Source: Octopus sinensis (Eukaryota). Taken from it: a stretch of DNA of 64,000 nucleotides. The notes under the pieces are model-generated. The model ran no database searches. It saw only the letters and a list, made by a program, of their open reading frames with translations, and was not told where the DNA came from. Shown here piece after piece: positions 1 through 11,634 of the stretch. The stretch is from positions 1 through 64,000 of the forward strand of contig NW_021832384.1 in the NCBI RefSeq assembly GCF_006345805.1, written 5' to 3'. The first letter of the stretch is position 1; each line of letters opens with the position of its first letter. Made by a program: the position numbers and the translations under genes.

Positions 1-42
1 AACTATGGGGTTGGTAAGCAAGCTACTTACCACACAGCCACT
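1..42 (-). mobile_element. Family A SINE, 5' head fragment (cut by window edge)
   Basis: ttggtaagcaagctacttaccacacagccac is the reverse complement of the head of the full copies at 8410, 30170 and 60333. Confidence 0.75.
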
Positions 43-173
43 GGTCACTATTTTGTTGATTCTTAGGTGGACTTGTGCCTATAGTAGAAATGGATATTTG
101 TGGTGATATAAGGTGGCAAGCTGGGAGAGTCGTTACTAATATTAGTAACATAGCAGTATAGCGTTAATATTTA

Positions 174-360
174 TTTCTATATTGCCCACAGGGGGTTAAA
201 CATAGAGGGGACAAAGAAGGACTGACAAAGGGATTAAGTCGATTACATCAACCCCAGTGAAAGGCAAAGACGACCTCGGCAGAATTTGAACTCAGAACGT
301 AAAGACAAACGAAATACTGCTAAGCATTTCGCCCGGCGTGCTAACGTTTCTGCCAGCTCG
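174..360 (-). mobile_element. Family B tRNA-derived SINE (Deu/Nin-like central domain), internally deleted
   Basis: Matches family B copies: gacctcggcagaatttgaactcagaacgt ... catttcgcccggcgtgctaacgtttctgccagctcg. Confidence 0.85.
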
Positions 361-689
361 ATGCCTTCATAAGACAAAATACCAGTCGAGTATTCGGGTT
401 AACGCTATTGACTAATTCCTTCCTCTATCAAAATTCTTAGTTCTTTTTTCTTTTCTTTTTCTTTTGAGAAACATCACACTAAAAATACGCTAAATATATT
501 TCATCGACACAATTACTTACACCAAAGGGAGATAATTCCTCAATTTTGAAGAGTTGTCTCCCATGCAATATTTTTTTTTTTTTTTTTTGTTAATGACATG
601 ATCTTCAGTTGACATGTAATACCGCATTTAATTCATACCACAGATACCCTAGAAATAAAGCCCCCTCAAACACCGAGACCACGGCTATC

Positions 690-1850
690 AGACAAAATGT
701 CCAGCAGCGGATCGGTGGCAATGTTGAAGAGCATGGGCGAGAGCGATCCTCCTGTCTTACACCACGCCGAGTTTCGATGGGTTCGCTTAATCGTCCCCTA
801 ACCGAGAATCTGGATGTGCAGCCTTCATACACCCTTTCCACGTGGAAGCCAAGCCTACGTAGCCCCGCATACACCAGTGAGTGCGGGACCGTGTCGAAGG
901 CCTTCGCGAGGTCTATGAAGGCGACTTCCAGTCGCGATATTCTCGACCGTGGTGGCCTCCCCGTCGCTCGACCGACAAGCTGCTGCAAGATAAATAAATT
1001 CTCGCCGCAGCGGTCAGCTTTGATGACTCCTCATTGAGTGGGATTCAGGGGAGTCACCTGAAGCATCCGTTTGGCGACCATCTTCGAAGATAAGCGATAC
1101 ACCACGGAGCATATCGTCAATGGTCGCCAATTAGTGATGTCCATGGGATCATCTGTCATTTTCGGAATCAGCACGGATCTTCCCCGCTTCAGGATGTCGG
1201 GAACCTTCCCGGCCAGCAACATACAGTTGCACAAGTTGGTGAGGATAATGGGGTCCATGAACTTAACTTCATGAGCTGTAAGTCCCTCGGAACCCGCCGC
1301 TGAGTATGGATTCATTGCCCACCGGCAGATTTTAATCTCCTCCACGGTGAAAGGCCGCAAAATACGACAATTATCAACCGTGGAATAGACCGGGCATTTC
1401 GAAAGATCCACCTCAGAGCCAGACACAGAGAGCCTTCCCCTATAGAAAAGCTCTATAGCGGGCACGGGAATTGGGTACCCATGCTCTGAGTCCTCACCCA
1501 GTACAACTGAGAGGGTTTTTTTCCTGTCCTTCCTACACAATCTTTGTAGTTTCGCGTATAGTTCTTTTTTTTTTCCTCGTGTCTATATTTTAAAGACCTA
1601 TTCGAGCCTCTACCTGTTCCACCCCTCCCGGTATTTTCCTCCCTGCACACCCTACATTGCTCTACCCAGTCCTCTACCTTCTCGACAAAGGATTCCCAGA
1701 TCCTCGGGGACCCGTCCTCCACAAGCTCCAATAGGGACTTGGAGAAGACGACAGCCCACCGAGAGTGACCGGGAAATGTAGACTCAAAGAACGAGTCCTT
1801 CCAGTTATTATCAGAAGGGACCTTGCCTCCGGGCTATGATAGGGATTCAG
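690..1850 (-). mobile_element. Decayed R2-like (RLE-type) non-LTR retrotransposon, reverse transcriptase fragment
   Basis: Translated motifs RPFTVEEI, SAAGSEG, WRPLTICSVVYRLSSK, NPTQ*GVIKADRCGENLFIL, AFIDLAKAFDTVPH and GVRQED/LSPMLFN (frameshifted) follow R2-type RT domain order; stops and frameshifts present. Confidence 0.8.
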
Positions 1851-1858
1851 ACTGAAAC

Positions 1859-1933
1859 AACGTGGTCTGAGAATCGAACCCACGATCTAGTGATCGTGAG
1901 TGCAACACCCTAACCACTAGGCCACGCACCTCC
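1859..1933 (-). mobile_element. tRNA-like SINE head related to family C
   Basis: Reverse complement ggaggtgcgtggcctagtggttaggg...ggttcgattctcagacc has A-box and B-box motifs like the family C heads. Confidence 0.65.
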
Positions 1934-2340
1934 GCATATATATATACCGTAATTCAATGAGGGGGTAGTTCAGCTGATTCGAGTGATCAGAATATTCAGC
2001 TTCGAAAACGACGGAGAACCATTTACTTCGTATGTCATATAGCGAACTACAGGTAATTAGATCCAAAGCAGGTTGTTTTTTGTTTTTTTTTCATTTTTTT
2101 TTAAGTAAATGTTAGAGCAAAGCATTCGGAAATTCTGAAGTAAGAACGAACAATAAACAAATAAATAAATAAATAAATGAATGAATGAATAAGAAAGAAA
2201 GAAGAAAGAAAATGAATGAAAACATTATGATTAGACAACAGGTTATGTGATCTGTGATGTCAGCCGGGTGTGGCTGGTTGGTAGTCTGTCTGTGAGTAAG
2301 CAAATGTTGGTGTCGTGTTCGGTTTTATTAATGAAAAGAA

Positions 2341-2341
2341 C

Positions 2342-2415
<74 letters not shown>

Positions 2416-2445
2416 TAACATATATATATACATATATACATAATA

Positions 2446-2477
<32 letters not shown>

Positions 2478-2478
2478 G

Positions 2479-2543
<65 letters not shown>

Positions 2544-2856
2544 TATTATATATATACATATATATATAACGTATATATGTATATAATATATATGTATATA
2601 TGTATGTATATATATGTATATATATATATATGTATATATATATATACATATATAATATATATATATAATATATACATATATATATATATATACATATGTA
2701 TGCATATATATACATATATATACACACACCACACATATATATATATATATGTGTGTTGTGTGTATATATATATATGTATATATATGTATATATATATGTA
2801 TATATATATACATACTTGTAGTATATATATATATATATAATATATATATATATATA

Positions 2857-2888
<32 letters not shown>
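2341..2888. repeat. Compound (TA)n/(TACA)n microsatellite
   Basis: Direct inspection. Confidence 0.97.
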
Positions 2889-3269
2889 CTATAATAAATA
2901 GAATAAAATGAATTCTATTCACTGAGTTGCTATGGTGAGGTGGATATTAGATAGACTGTTATCAGATCCAGTCTATATCTATTTGGGGTGGGGGGAGATG
3001 GGGTAGGACTCGATAAGATACATTGCTGCCAGGTACAAAATATGGAAACTAATTTTGGCTATTAGCTGTTGCTGATTCACTTAATTTTTATCATTAATAA
3101 TCCTATTTAAAAAATCATATTTCAGTCTCCATTTGTCCCAACCACCTCTTCTTTCTCCTCCTCTCTCTGTTTTCTGTCTGTGAGTCTTTTCAATATATTA
3201 AGAAGTAATATTTATTGCTACTTGTTCGGGCCTTGTGTCTAGAGTGGAAAAGAATATTTATCGTCACTA

Positions 3270-3685
3270 GGCAACGAGCTGGCAGAAACGTTAGCACGCC
3301 GGGTGAAAATGCTTAGCAGTATTCCGTCTGTCGCTACGTTCTGAGTTCAAATTCCGCCGAGGTCGACTTTGCCTTTCAACCTTTCGGGGTCGATTAAATA
3401 AGCATCAGTTACGCACTGGGGTCGATATAATCGGCTTAATCCGTTTGTCAGTCCTTGTTTGTCCCTTCTGTTTTTAGCCCCTTGTGGGATGTAAAGAAAT
3501 AGGTATTTCGTCTGTCGTTACGTTCTGAGTTCAAATTCCACCAAGGTCGACTTGGCCTTTAATCCTTTCGGGGTCGATAAATTAAGTACCAGTCACACAC
3601 TGGGGTCGCTGTAATCGACTTAATACCTTTGTCTGTCCTTGTTTGCCCCCTCTATGTTTAGCCCCTTGTGGGTAATAAAGAAATA
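3270..3685 (+). mobile_element. Family B SINE head-to-tail dimer
   Basis: Full copy 3270-3503 followed by a headless second unit joined at aaagaaataggtatttcgtctg. Confidence 0.85.
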
Positions 3686-4112
3686 TATATATAAAGTTTA
3701 ATATGCAAATTTTATTCAATATATGTTCACTGCATATAAATTCTACAGTTAATATAAATGAGTTTCCGTATAAAATATATTAAAGTGTTCTGCAGTAAAA
3801 TTTGCATATTTGCAATACCTCTATATAATCAAACCCAATATAAATCCGGTTAGTTTGTTGATATCGCCAGTTATGCTTTACATCGTAGAGAGAGAGAGAG
3901 GGAGAGTTAACGTAAGAGGTGCAAGATGAATGCACATACTAGGCTTGGTGGCAGACTATGAAAATGGGACGTTGTATAAATACGTACTGAGAGAAAGAAT
4001 CATAGAGGCAAAAGAGCAGGTGGACGCACAACAGTAGTAGAAGAGGGTTTAAATGACAGAATAGTTATGAGAAAAGATATGCAAATAGGACAAATTGTTT
4101 TTAGTAAATTCT

Positions 4113-5152
4113 ATTTCTTTACTAGCCACAAGGGGCTAAACACAGACAGGACAGACACACGGGTTAAGTCGGTTACATCGACCTCAGTGCGTAACTGGTA
4201 CTTATTTAATCGCCCCCGAAAAGATGAAGCGCAAAGTCGACCTCGGCGGAATTTGAACTCAGAACGTAACGGCAGACGAAATACCTGGGCTAAACACAGA
4301 GGGGACAAACAGGGACAGACACACGGATTAAGTCGATTATATCGACCCCAGTGCGTAATTGGTATTTATTTAATTGACCCCAAAAGGATGAAAGGCAAAG
4401 TCGACCTCGGCGGAATTTGAACTCAGAACGTAACGGTAGACGAAATACCTGGGCTAAACACAGAGGGGACAAACAGGGACAGACAAACGGATTAAGTCGA
4501 TTATATCGACCCCAGTGCGTAATTGGTGTTTATTTAATTGACCCCGAAAGGATGAAGCGCAAAGTCGACCTCGGCGAAATTTGAACTCAGAACGTAACGG
4601 CAGACGAAATACCTGGGCTGAACACAGAGGGGACAAACAGGGACAGACAAACGGATTAAGTCGATTATATCGACCCCAGTGCGTAATTGGTGTTTATTTA
4701 ATTGACCCCGAAAGGATGAAGCGCAAAGTCGACCTCGGCGAAATTTGAACTCAGAACGTAACGGCAGACGAAATACCTGGGCTGAACACAGAGGGGACAA
4801 ACAGGGACAGACAAACGGATTAAGTCGATTATATCGACCCCAGTGCGTAATTGGTATTTATTTAATTGACCCCGAAAGGATGAAGCGCAAAGTCGACCTC
4901 GGCGAAATTTGAACTCAGAACGTAACGGCAGACGAAATACCTGGGCTGAACACAGAGGGGACAAACAGGGACAGACAAACGGATTAAGTCGATTATATCG
5001 ACCCCAGTGCGTAATTGGTATTTATTTAATTGACCCCGAAAGGATGAAAGGCAAAGTCGACCTCGGCGGAATTCGAACTCAGAACGTAACGGCAGACGAA
5101 ATACAGCTACGCATTTCGCCCGGCATGCTAACGATTCTGCCTGCTCGCCGCC
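4113..5152 (-). repeat. Family B SINE tandem array (164-bp unit, six units), flanked by a 15-bp TSD
   Basis: Units start at 4287, 4451, 4615, 4779 and 4943 plus a terminal unit; tttttagtaaattct at 4098-4112 and 5157-5171. Confidence 0.92.
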
Positions 5153-5923
5153 TTTTTTTTTAGTAAATTCTGTTTCAAGACAAAAAACATTTTTCTTTTG
5201 TAAATTGGTAGTCATTTCATTCGCATAAACACCAAGGAATTTGATAATTCTTAATTATTGTAAGTAGGTCATATTTCCTAATTTTACCCATGTCGGCAAA
5301 AGTCTACACCCAAAATAACTCGTCATATAACGGGTAACGTTGTAGCATATATATGAGACGGATTTCGGATCTTGTTAAATTTCTTCCAACCGATTTGAGT
5401 TTTTCAAATTTTCACCAAATTATTTTTAGAAAATATAGGCTTGATGTAATTTTGTACGCTGATAACGAAAATTAAATTAATTTTTTCCCCTAGAAGTTAG
5501 TAAGCGTTTAAAATGATGTAATTTTTGCCAATCCGCTGCCTTCACTGACAGGTATACCGGATGTTATGACTGCTTGTCCCCATGGGAAGAGCACATAGGA
5601 AAACTTCATGTAGTCTTTCGACCTGCTAGAAGTAGCAGCTAAATCTTCCTTAAACAATGCTATAACGTCTTTAAAAAAAAACCTAAAAAGTGTGGCACAT
5701 TGTGCCAGAGCACCGTTCATTTTTCCGCTTGAGCCAGGCCCAAGTGGTTTCCAATTGTTGAGGGCTAATAACATAACACACAAGAAGGCAGCGGTGGTGG
5801 AGAAAGAATTGGTTACCAAAATATCATTGCATGAAGTATAGTGTTGATGATGATGATGCTGTTGATGACGATGATGTTGCTGACCATGATGATGATCTAG
5901 CAGTTCGACCACCGGTGCTGGAA

Positions 5924-6022
5924 GCTATAGTAGAAGACACTTGCCCGAGGTGCCACGCTGTGGGACTGAACCTGGAACCATGTGGTTGGGAAGCAAGCTT
6001 CTTACCACACAGCCATGCCTAC
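5924..6022 (-). mobile_element. Family A SINE 5' fragment
   Basis: gctatagtagaagacacttgccc...cttaccacacagcc. Confidence 0.8.
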
Positions 6023-6026
6023 ACCG

Positions 6027-6062
<36 letters not shown>

Positions 6063-6074
6063 ATATATATATAT

Positions 6075-6124
<50 letters not shown>

Positions 6125-6193
6125 ATATATATAATATCTATATCTATATATTATATAATATATATATATATATATATATATTAATATATATAT

Positions 6194-6225
<32 letters not shown>

Positions 6226-6465
6226 ATATATTAAAAATATATATATATATAAATATATAATATATATAAATATAATATATATAAATATATATATATATAT
6301 AAATATAATATATAAATAATATATATATTATATAAGTATATATAGCATATAAATATATATCTATATATAAATATATATATATATAAATATTATTTATATA
6401 AATATATATATCTATAGAAATATATATATATATAAATATATATATTATATATATATATATAATAA

Positions 6466-6510
<45 letters not shown>

Positions 6511-6554
6511 AGATATATATATTATATATATATATAATATATATATATATATAT

Positions 6555-6611
<57 letters not shown>

Positions 6612-6617
6612 ATATAT
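6027..6617. repeat. AT-only (TA)n-type microsatellite
   Basis: Direct inspection. Confidence 0.97.
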
Positions 6618-6909
6618 ACGTTAGCGACGGAAGTAGTATCAGTACCGAATAGCAATCAATATATCCTACTTAACGTGGATATATTCTTTTTCTACTCTAG
6701 GTACAAGGCCGGAAATTTTAAGGGAGGGGGAAAGTCGATTGGATTGACGCCAGTACGCAACTGGTACTTAGTTTATCAACCCCGAAAAGATGAAAGGCAA
6801 AGTGAATATTATATTTGTCTTCAGCGGGCGTCACGTATAGACGTCTAGTACTTAAAAGCACAGAAATGTAGCAGAGAAAAATTTCCAGCAGCGGTGGTGG
6901 AACTGCTAG

Positions 6910-6947
<38 letters not shown>

Positions 6948-7240
6948 TTTTTCATTACCAGTCACTAATCAGTCCAAAAATAGCGAGATATTAGTCACGA
7001 GAATGAAAAAAATGAACAGATGTCCTTTCGTGATTTTCGGTTGGCTTCTGTCAAATCATAGGGAACCTATTTCCTGTGTTTGGGCACCTTTCCAAGCTAT
7101 TGAAGATGGTGATGGTGAACAGTTGAATGACTTGAATTGAGCTTGCTTACATATTCTTCAACTGACACAGTATTATCCTTCTCAAGTTCTGGCAAAAGAT
7201 GCTCATCATCAAATTCAACGGGGCGTCCTCATTACCCTTA

Positions 7241-7715
7241 TCATCATCATCATCATCATCGTCTAACATCTGTTTTCCATGCTAGCATGGGTTGGACGGT
7301 TCGACCGAGGTCTGGGAAGCCAGGAGGCTGCACCAGGCTCCAGTCTGATCTGGCAGTGTTTCTACAGCTGGATGCCCTTCCTAACGCTAACCACTCCGTG
7401 AGTGTACTAGGTGCTTTTTACGTGCCGCCGGCACAGGGGCCAGATGAGGCTGGCAAACGGCCAAGATCGGTTGGTGCTTTTACGTGTCACCGAGACGGAC
7501 ACCAGTCAGGCGCCGCTGGCATCCGTCACGTTCGGACGGTGCTTTTAACGTGTCATCGGCACGAGTATCTTAACTGCAATTTCCGTTTGATTTTCATTTT
7601 GATGTTGGTGTTAACGTACTTGACTCAATAGGTCTCCTCAAGAAAAGTGGGTCACTCTACATCCTGCGAGTCACGAATTCACTTCATTTGTCGGGTCTTC
7701 TGTCACAGCATTGTC
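7241..7715 (-). mobile_element. Family D retroposon with (GAT)n tail and internal ~55-60-bp tandem units
   Basis: catcatcat...gtctaacatctgttttccatgctagcatgggttggacgg...gatgcccttcctaacg; repeated ggtgcttttacgtg(c/t)cac units. Confidence 0.8.
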
Positions 7716-7737
7716 GGGTCTCGTGGTAATTCTCTAA

Positions 7738-7970
7738 GGCGGCGAGCTGGCAGAAACGTTAGCACGTCGGACGAATTGCGTAGCCGTATTTCCTCTGCCG
7801 TTACGTTCTGAGTTCAAATTCCGCCGAGGTCGACTTTTCCTTTCATCCTTTCGGGGGCGATTAATTAAGTACCAGTTACGCACTGGGGTCGATGTAATCG
7901 ACTTAATACCTATGTCTGTCCTTGTTTGTCCCCTCTGTGTTTAGCCCCTTGTGGGTAATAAAGAAATAGG
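7738..7970 (+). mobile_element. Full-length family B SINE with 16-bp TSD
   Basis: ggtaattctctaaggc at 7725-7740 and 7969-7984; B-box gagttcaaattcc. Confidence 0.92.
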
Positions 7971-8409
7971 TAATTCTCTAAGGCTGAAATCACCATTTTT
8001 GAACTTTGCAAACTGCCTTCTGTAACTTCTTTCGTTCAAGCAGTCTTCTCCATAAACAGAATGGATATTTCGGGTTGCTTCTGCTATAATGTTTCCTTTT
8101 TGTAACTCATAAAGCATTATGCTCCTTAAATGCTCCTTTTCGATGTGTCCATCTTTGAGGGGTAAATATTATTAATTAATTCAGTCAGATTATTCTGTAA
8201 AAAGAAGTTACATTAAGTTAAAGGTTTCCATATTCATATTAATATCAATCAATACCTTTTGACATTTTAGAATATTGCAAAATTTGATAGAAATTACATA
8301 TATATTTCGGACATTATTTATAGGATGACCTGATACATATTTCACATACTTAACCTCAGCGTGATTTGAACTAAAAACTTAAAGAACAAAAAAAAAAAAA
8401 AAAAATGAT

Positions 8410-8797
8410 GCGCAGGAGTGGCTGTGTGGTAAGTAGCTTGCTAACCAACCACATGGTTCCGGGTTCAGTCCCACTGCGTGGCATCTTGGGCAAGTGTCTT
8501 CTGCTATAGCCCCGGGCCGACCAATGCCTTGTAAGTGGATTTGGTAGACAGAAACTGAAAGAAGCCCGTCGTATATATGTATATATGTGTATATGTTTGT
8601 GTGTCTGTGTTTGTCCTCCCATCATCGCTGACAACCGATGGTGGTTTGCTTACATTCCCGTAACCTAGCGGTTCGGCAAAAGAGACCGATAGAATAAGTA
8701 CTACTTTTCCAAAGAATAAGTCCTGGGGTCGATTTGCTCGACTTAAAGGCGGTGTTCCAGCATGGTCGCAGTCGAATGACTGAAACAAGTAAAAGAG
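8410..8797 (+). mobile_element. Full-length family A SINE (tRNA head, CORE-like ttgggcaagt block, internal microsatellite)
   Basis: gcgcaggagtggctgtgtggtaag...ggttcagtccc...cttgggcaagtgtc...ggcggtgttccagcatgg...gaaacaagtaaaagag. Confidence 0.9.
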
Positions 8798-9143
8798 AAA
8801 AGGAGAAATAAATACACAAACAACTTTTATTGTATGTGAAGGATTAATTTAGTTCGTGGGGAGAAGATAGAGAAAGGAAGAGGGAACATTTATTGTTTCT
8901 ACTGAACAGCAAGAAATATTTTGCATTGCTTGCTCTCTGCTTTAAATTAGTGCAACATGCATGTCATTTATAAAAGAAGGCTTTCAAAAACAGTGGATGC
9001 TGCCCTGCTGGTTAACTAATTGCTTTATTAATAACTAGCTAGTGAAGATGCGTATAAACGGTCGATCGATTTGTTATAAATAGCTGTTAAATATCCCGCG
9101 ATTTTCACATCTGAGCGGTGTGAAAATAGGGAAGACTAATACC

Positions 9144-9558
9144 TATTTCTTTACTACCCACAAGGGGCTAAAAACACAGAGAGGACAAACAAGGACAGAC
9201 AAACGGATTAAGACGATTACATCGACCACAGTGCGTAACTGGTACTTAATTTATCGACCCCGAAAGGATGAAAGGCAAAGTCGACCTCGGTGGAATTTGA
9301 ACTCAGAACGTAACGGCAGACGAAATACGTATTTCTTTACTACCCACAAGGGGCTAAACATAGATGGGACAAACAAGGACAGACAAACGGATTAAGTCGA
9401 TTACATCGACCCCAGTGCGTGACTGGTACTTAATTTATCGACCCCGAAAGGATGAAAGGCAAAGTCGACCTCGGTGGAATTTGAACTCAGAACGTAACGG
9501 AAGACGAAATACGGCTACGCATTTCGCCCGGCGTGCTAACGTTTCTGCCAGCTCGCCG
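9144..9558 (-). mobile_element. Family B SINE dimer with a single 13-bp TSD
   Basis: gaagactaatacc at 9131-9143 and 9565-9577 brackets two units. Confidence 0.9.
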
Positions 9559-9944
9559 CTGGCAGAAGACTAATACCGTCTTAAGACATGAGTAAACTGT
9601 GCAGTCGCCCGGGGCCCTCGCGAGTTTAGGGGCCCGATTATACCCCAACCACCGAACCATGCGCCTTCACGCAAAGTCACTCCATTAAATAATTGCTTCT
9701 AGTGTTGGCACAAGGACCATAATTTTGAGGGGTGGGACTGGTTTAGTCGATACCATCGGGCCCAGTCTTCGAGGGGAAATATAATTTCTCAATTACAGAG
9801 CAATGGAAAGTAAAGTTGATCACGCCGGGATCTAAACTCAGAACATAAAACGATTCTGCCACTTCACTGTTCTTGCTCCATTAAATAAAGCAATACATAT
9901 TTTTTCTACTTTAGGCCCAATTTGGGGGTGGGGTGGGGGCTAGT

Positions 9945-10205
9945 CAATTAGATCGATCCCTGTACACAACTGGTGCTTAATTTATCGACCCCGAATGCTT
10001 GAAAGGCAAAGTCGACCTCGGCGGAATTTGAACTCAGAAATACCTATTTTTTTTACCACTCACAAGGGCTACACACAGAGAGCACAAACAAGGACAGACA
10101 AACGGATTAAGTCGATTACATCGACCCAAGTGCGTAACTGGTACTTAATTTATGGACCCCGAAAGAGGCGGTGCTCCAGCATGGCCACAGTCAAATGACT
10201 GAAAC
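9945..10205. mobile_element. Truncated family B multimer followed by a family A 3' tip
   Basis: Two partial B units joined at gaactcagaaatacctattt; then ggcggtgctccagcatggccacagtcaaatgactgaaac. Confidence 0.7.
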
Positions 10206-10899
10206 AAACAAAAAAAGAACTAGCAGAAAACCGCCAGGGGGGCGGTCTTTCTGCTAGTATTAATTATAAGGCCAGTCAAGTAACAGGGGTGAATGTACGT
10301 TATTAACCAACCCCTTCCACTCACTCCCAAATGCAACCATGTGCCTATGTTAGAAAAATACGTTATTGTTATTTACAATAAAGATTATTATTGACAAAAG
10401 GAGAGGAATAAGAAATAGATTGATAATGAGAGAAAGAGATACATACAATGATAGACAGATAGCTAGATAAATAAATAGATAGATAGAGAGAGAGAGAGAG
10501 GGGTAGAGAGTGGGAGAGCGTGGGACAGAAGTTTGTTATACAATAAAAATTATGTAATTGTTTGTTTTCTGTATACAACTTAATTGTCCGTCTTGTATGC
10601 AGATTTAAAATAAATATAATTGCATAGAATTTTAGAGTGCAAACCATTTTAACTTTTAACAATTGAGTAACTTTAGAATTTATAGAATTGATCCAAGTAT
10701 ATGTGTTCGCAAGTGCGTGCGTGTGACAGAAGCCAGCTATAAAGTTGCATATTTGCTTGGCACATCGATCCAGAATTCATAAAGGAATGTATTTTAGAAG
10801 TGGTAAGATGTATAGATCCAGATAAAGTTAACAAATATAAGGAGATGCCTCTTTCAAGAAAAACTCATACAGATGGACAGCATAAATTATCATGTGATG

Positions 10900-11634
10900 T
10901 GTAGTGAATCTTGCATGCATGAAGTGAATTCGATCCACCATACCCAAATTTAAATAAACGCTGCAACAGAACTGTTCCCATGGTAGAACAATGGTTTTTC
11001 TCTGACAGCAGTTTTCCATTTCACAGATGCCTTTAGCTAGGCTGAAATAATGTCTTCACCCCTTGACCCTTTCTAACCTCTTCTACTTCACCAAAAGCTA
11101 GAATAGAGATAATAAGACCACTAACTAAATCTTGTGTTCTCAATGATATATCTATCATTCTGGATTGTTATATAAGCAAGCATACCCCAAGCAAAAATCA
11201 GTTAGTCACCTTGGTGACAAACTCGTGAGTTGAGAGAGAGAGCTAACATCAGTTAGTGAACCGACCACTAGAATCATTGAGGCAGGCAGACAAAACGGCC
11301 AGAGGGAAAAAGAAAGATAACGCCCCACACTCTCTCACTTTCACTAGCTCCAATTCTGTTCTCTTACAATATTATTCTATCTCTCTCTGTAATTACTACT
11401 AAACAATGAAGAGGACACAAACACAAACTTTACTTCGCATGCTTTTGGATTTATCACAACCTACTCGTCGAAGCAAGGTATTTGTAAGTAACGGTAAATG
11501 AATATTTCCTTGAAACTTCATGCATTGTGTATCTTTCACATCCTACAACATGCAATAATAACAACATATAATCGTTACATCTGCTGACAACCAACATATA
11601 ATAATGTTTAACCATACCAAATTCCGCCGTTACA
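10900..11634. mobile_element. Solo LTR (TG...CA, 735 bp, 4-bp TSD GATG) inserted in the hAT transposase
   Basis: gatg|tgtag ... ttaca|gatg; removing the insert and one TSD restores tca tgt gat gta aca gag cag ctg (SCDVTEQL) in the transposase frame. Confidence 0.8.

Larger units (their letters stand above)
6942..8335 (-). mobile_element. Decayed mariner transposon (5' TIR and N-terminal half of transposase) interrupted by two retroposons
   Basis: TA then TIR-like tcaggtcatcctataaataatgtccg (8333-8308); ATG at 8152; EHLRSIMLYELQKG...VYGEDCLNERSYRRQFAKFKNGDFSL, then GRPVEFDDEHL...LGKVPKHRK*VPYDLTE...LVTGNEKW, matching the mariner WVPHEL and VTGDEKW motifs. Confidence 0.88.

Noticed and set aside
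3700-3810. 15-bp inverted repeat containing two ATGCAAAT octamers
   Set aside because: Short and very AT-rich with no other support; plausibly chance or a decayed MITE
4113-5152. CRISPR-like regular array
   Set aside because: Units are contiguous SINE-derived copies with no unique spacers, in a eukaryotic context
6718-6948. Poly-Asp / poly-His ORFs (also 5508-5912 and 25106-25418)
   Set aside because: Products of (GAT)/(CAT)n tracts
11507-11515. Isolated TTCN3GAA STAT-type sites (also near 14448)
   Set aside because: Expected by chance every few kb in AT-rich DNA, and these lie inside mobile elements
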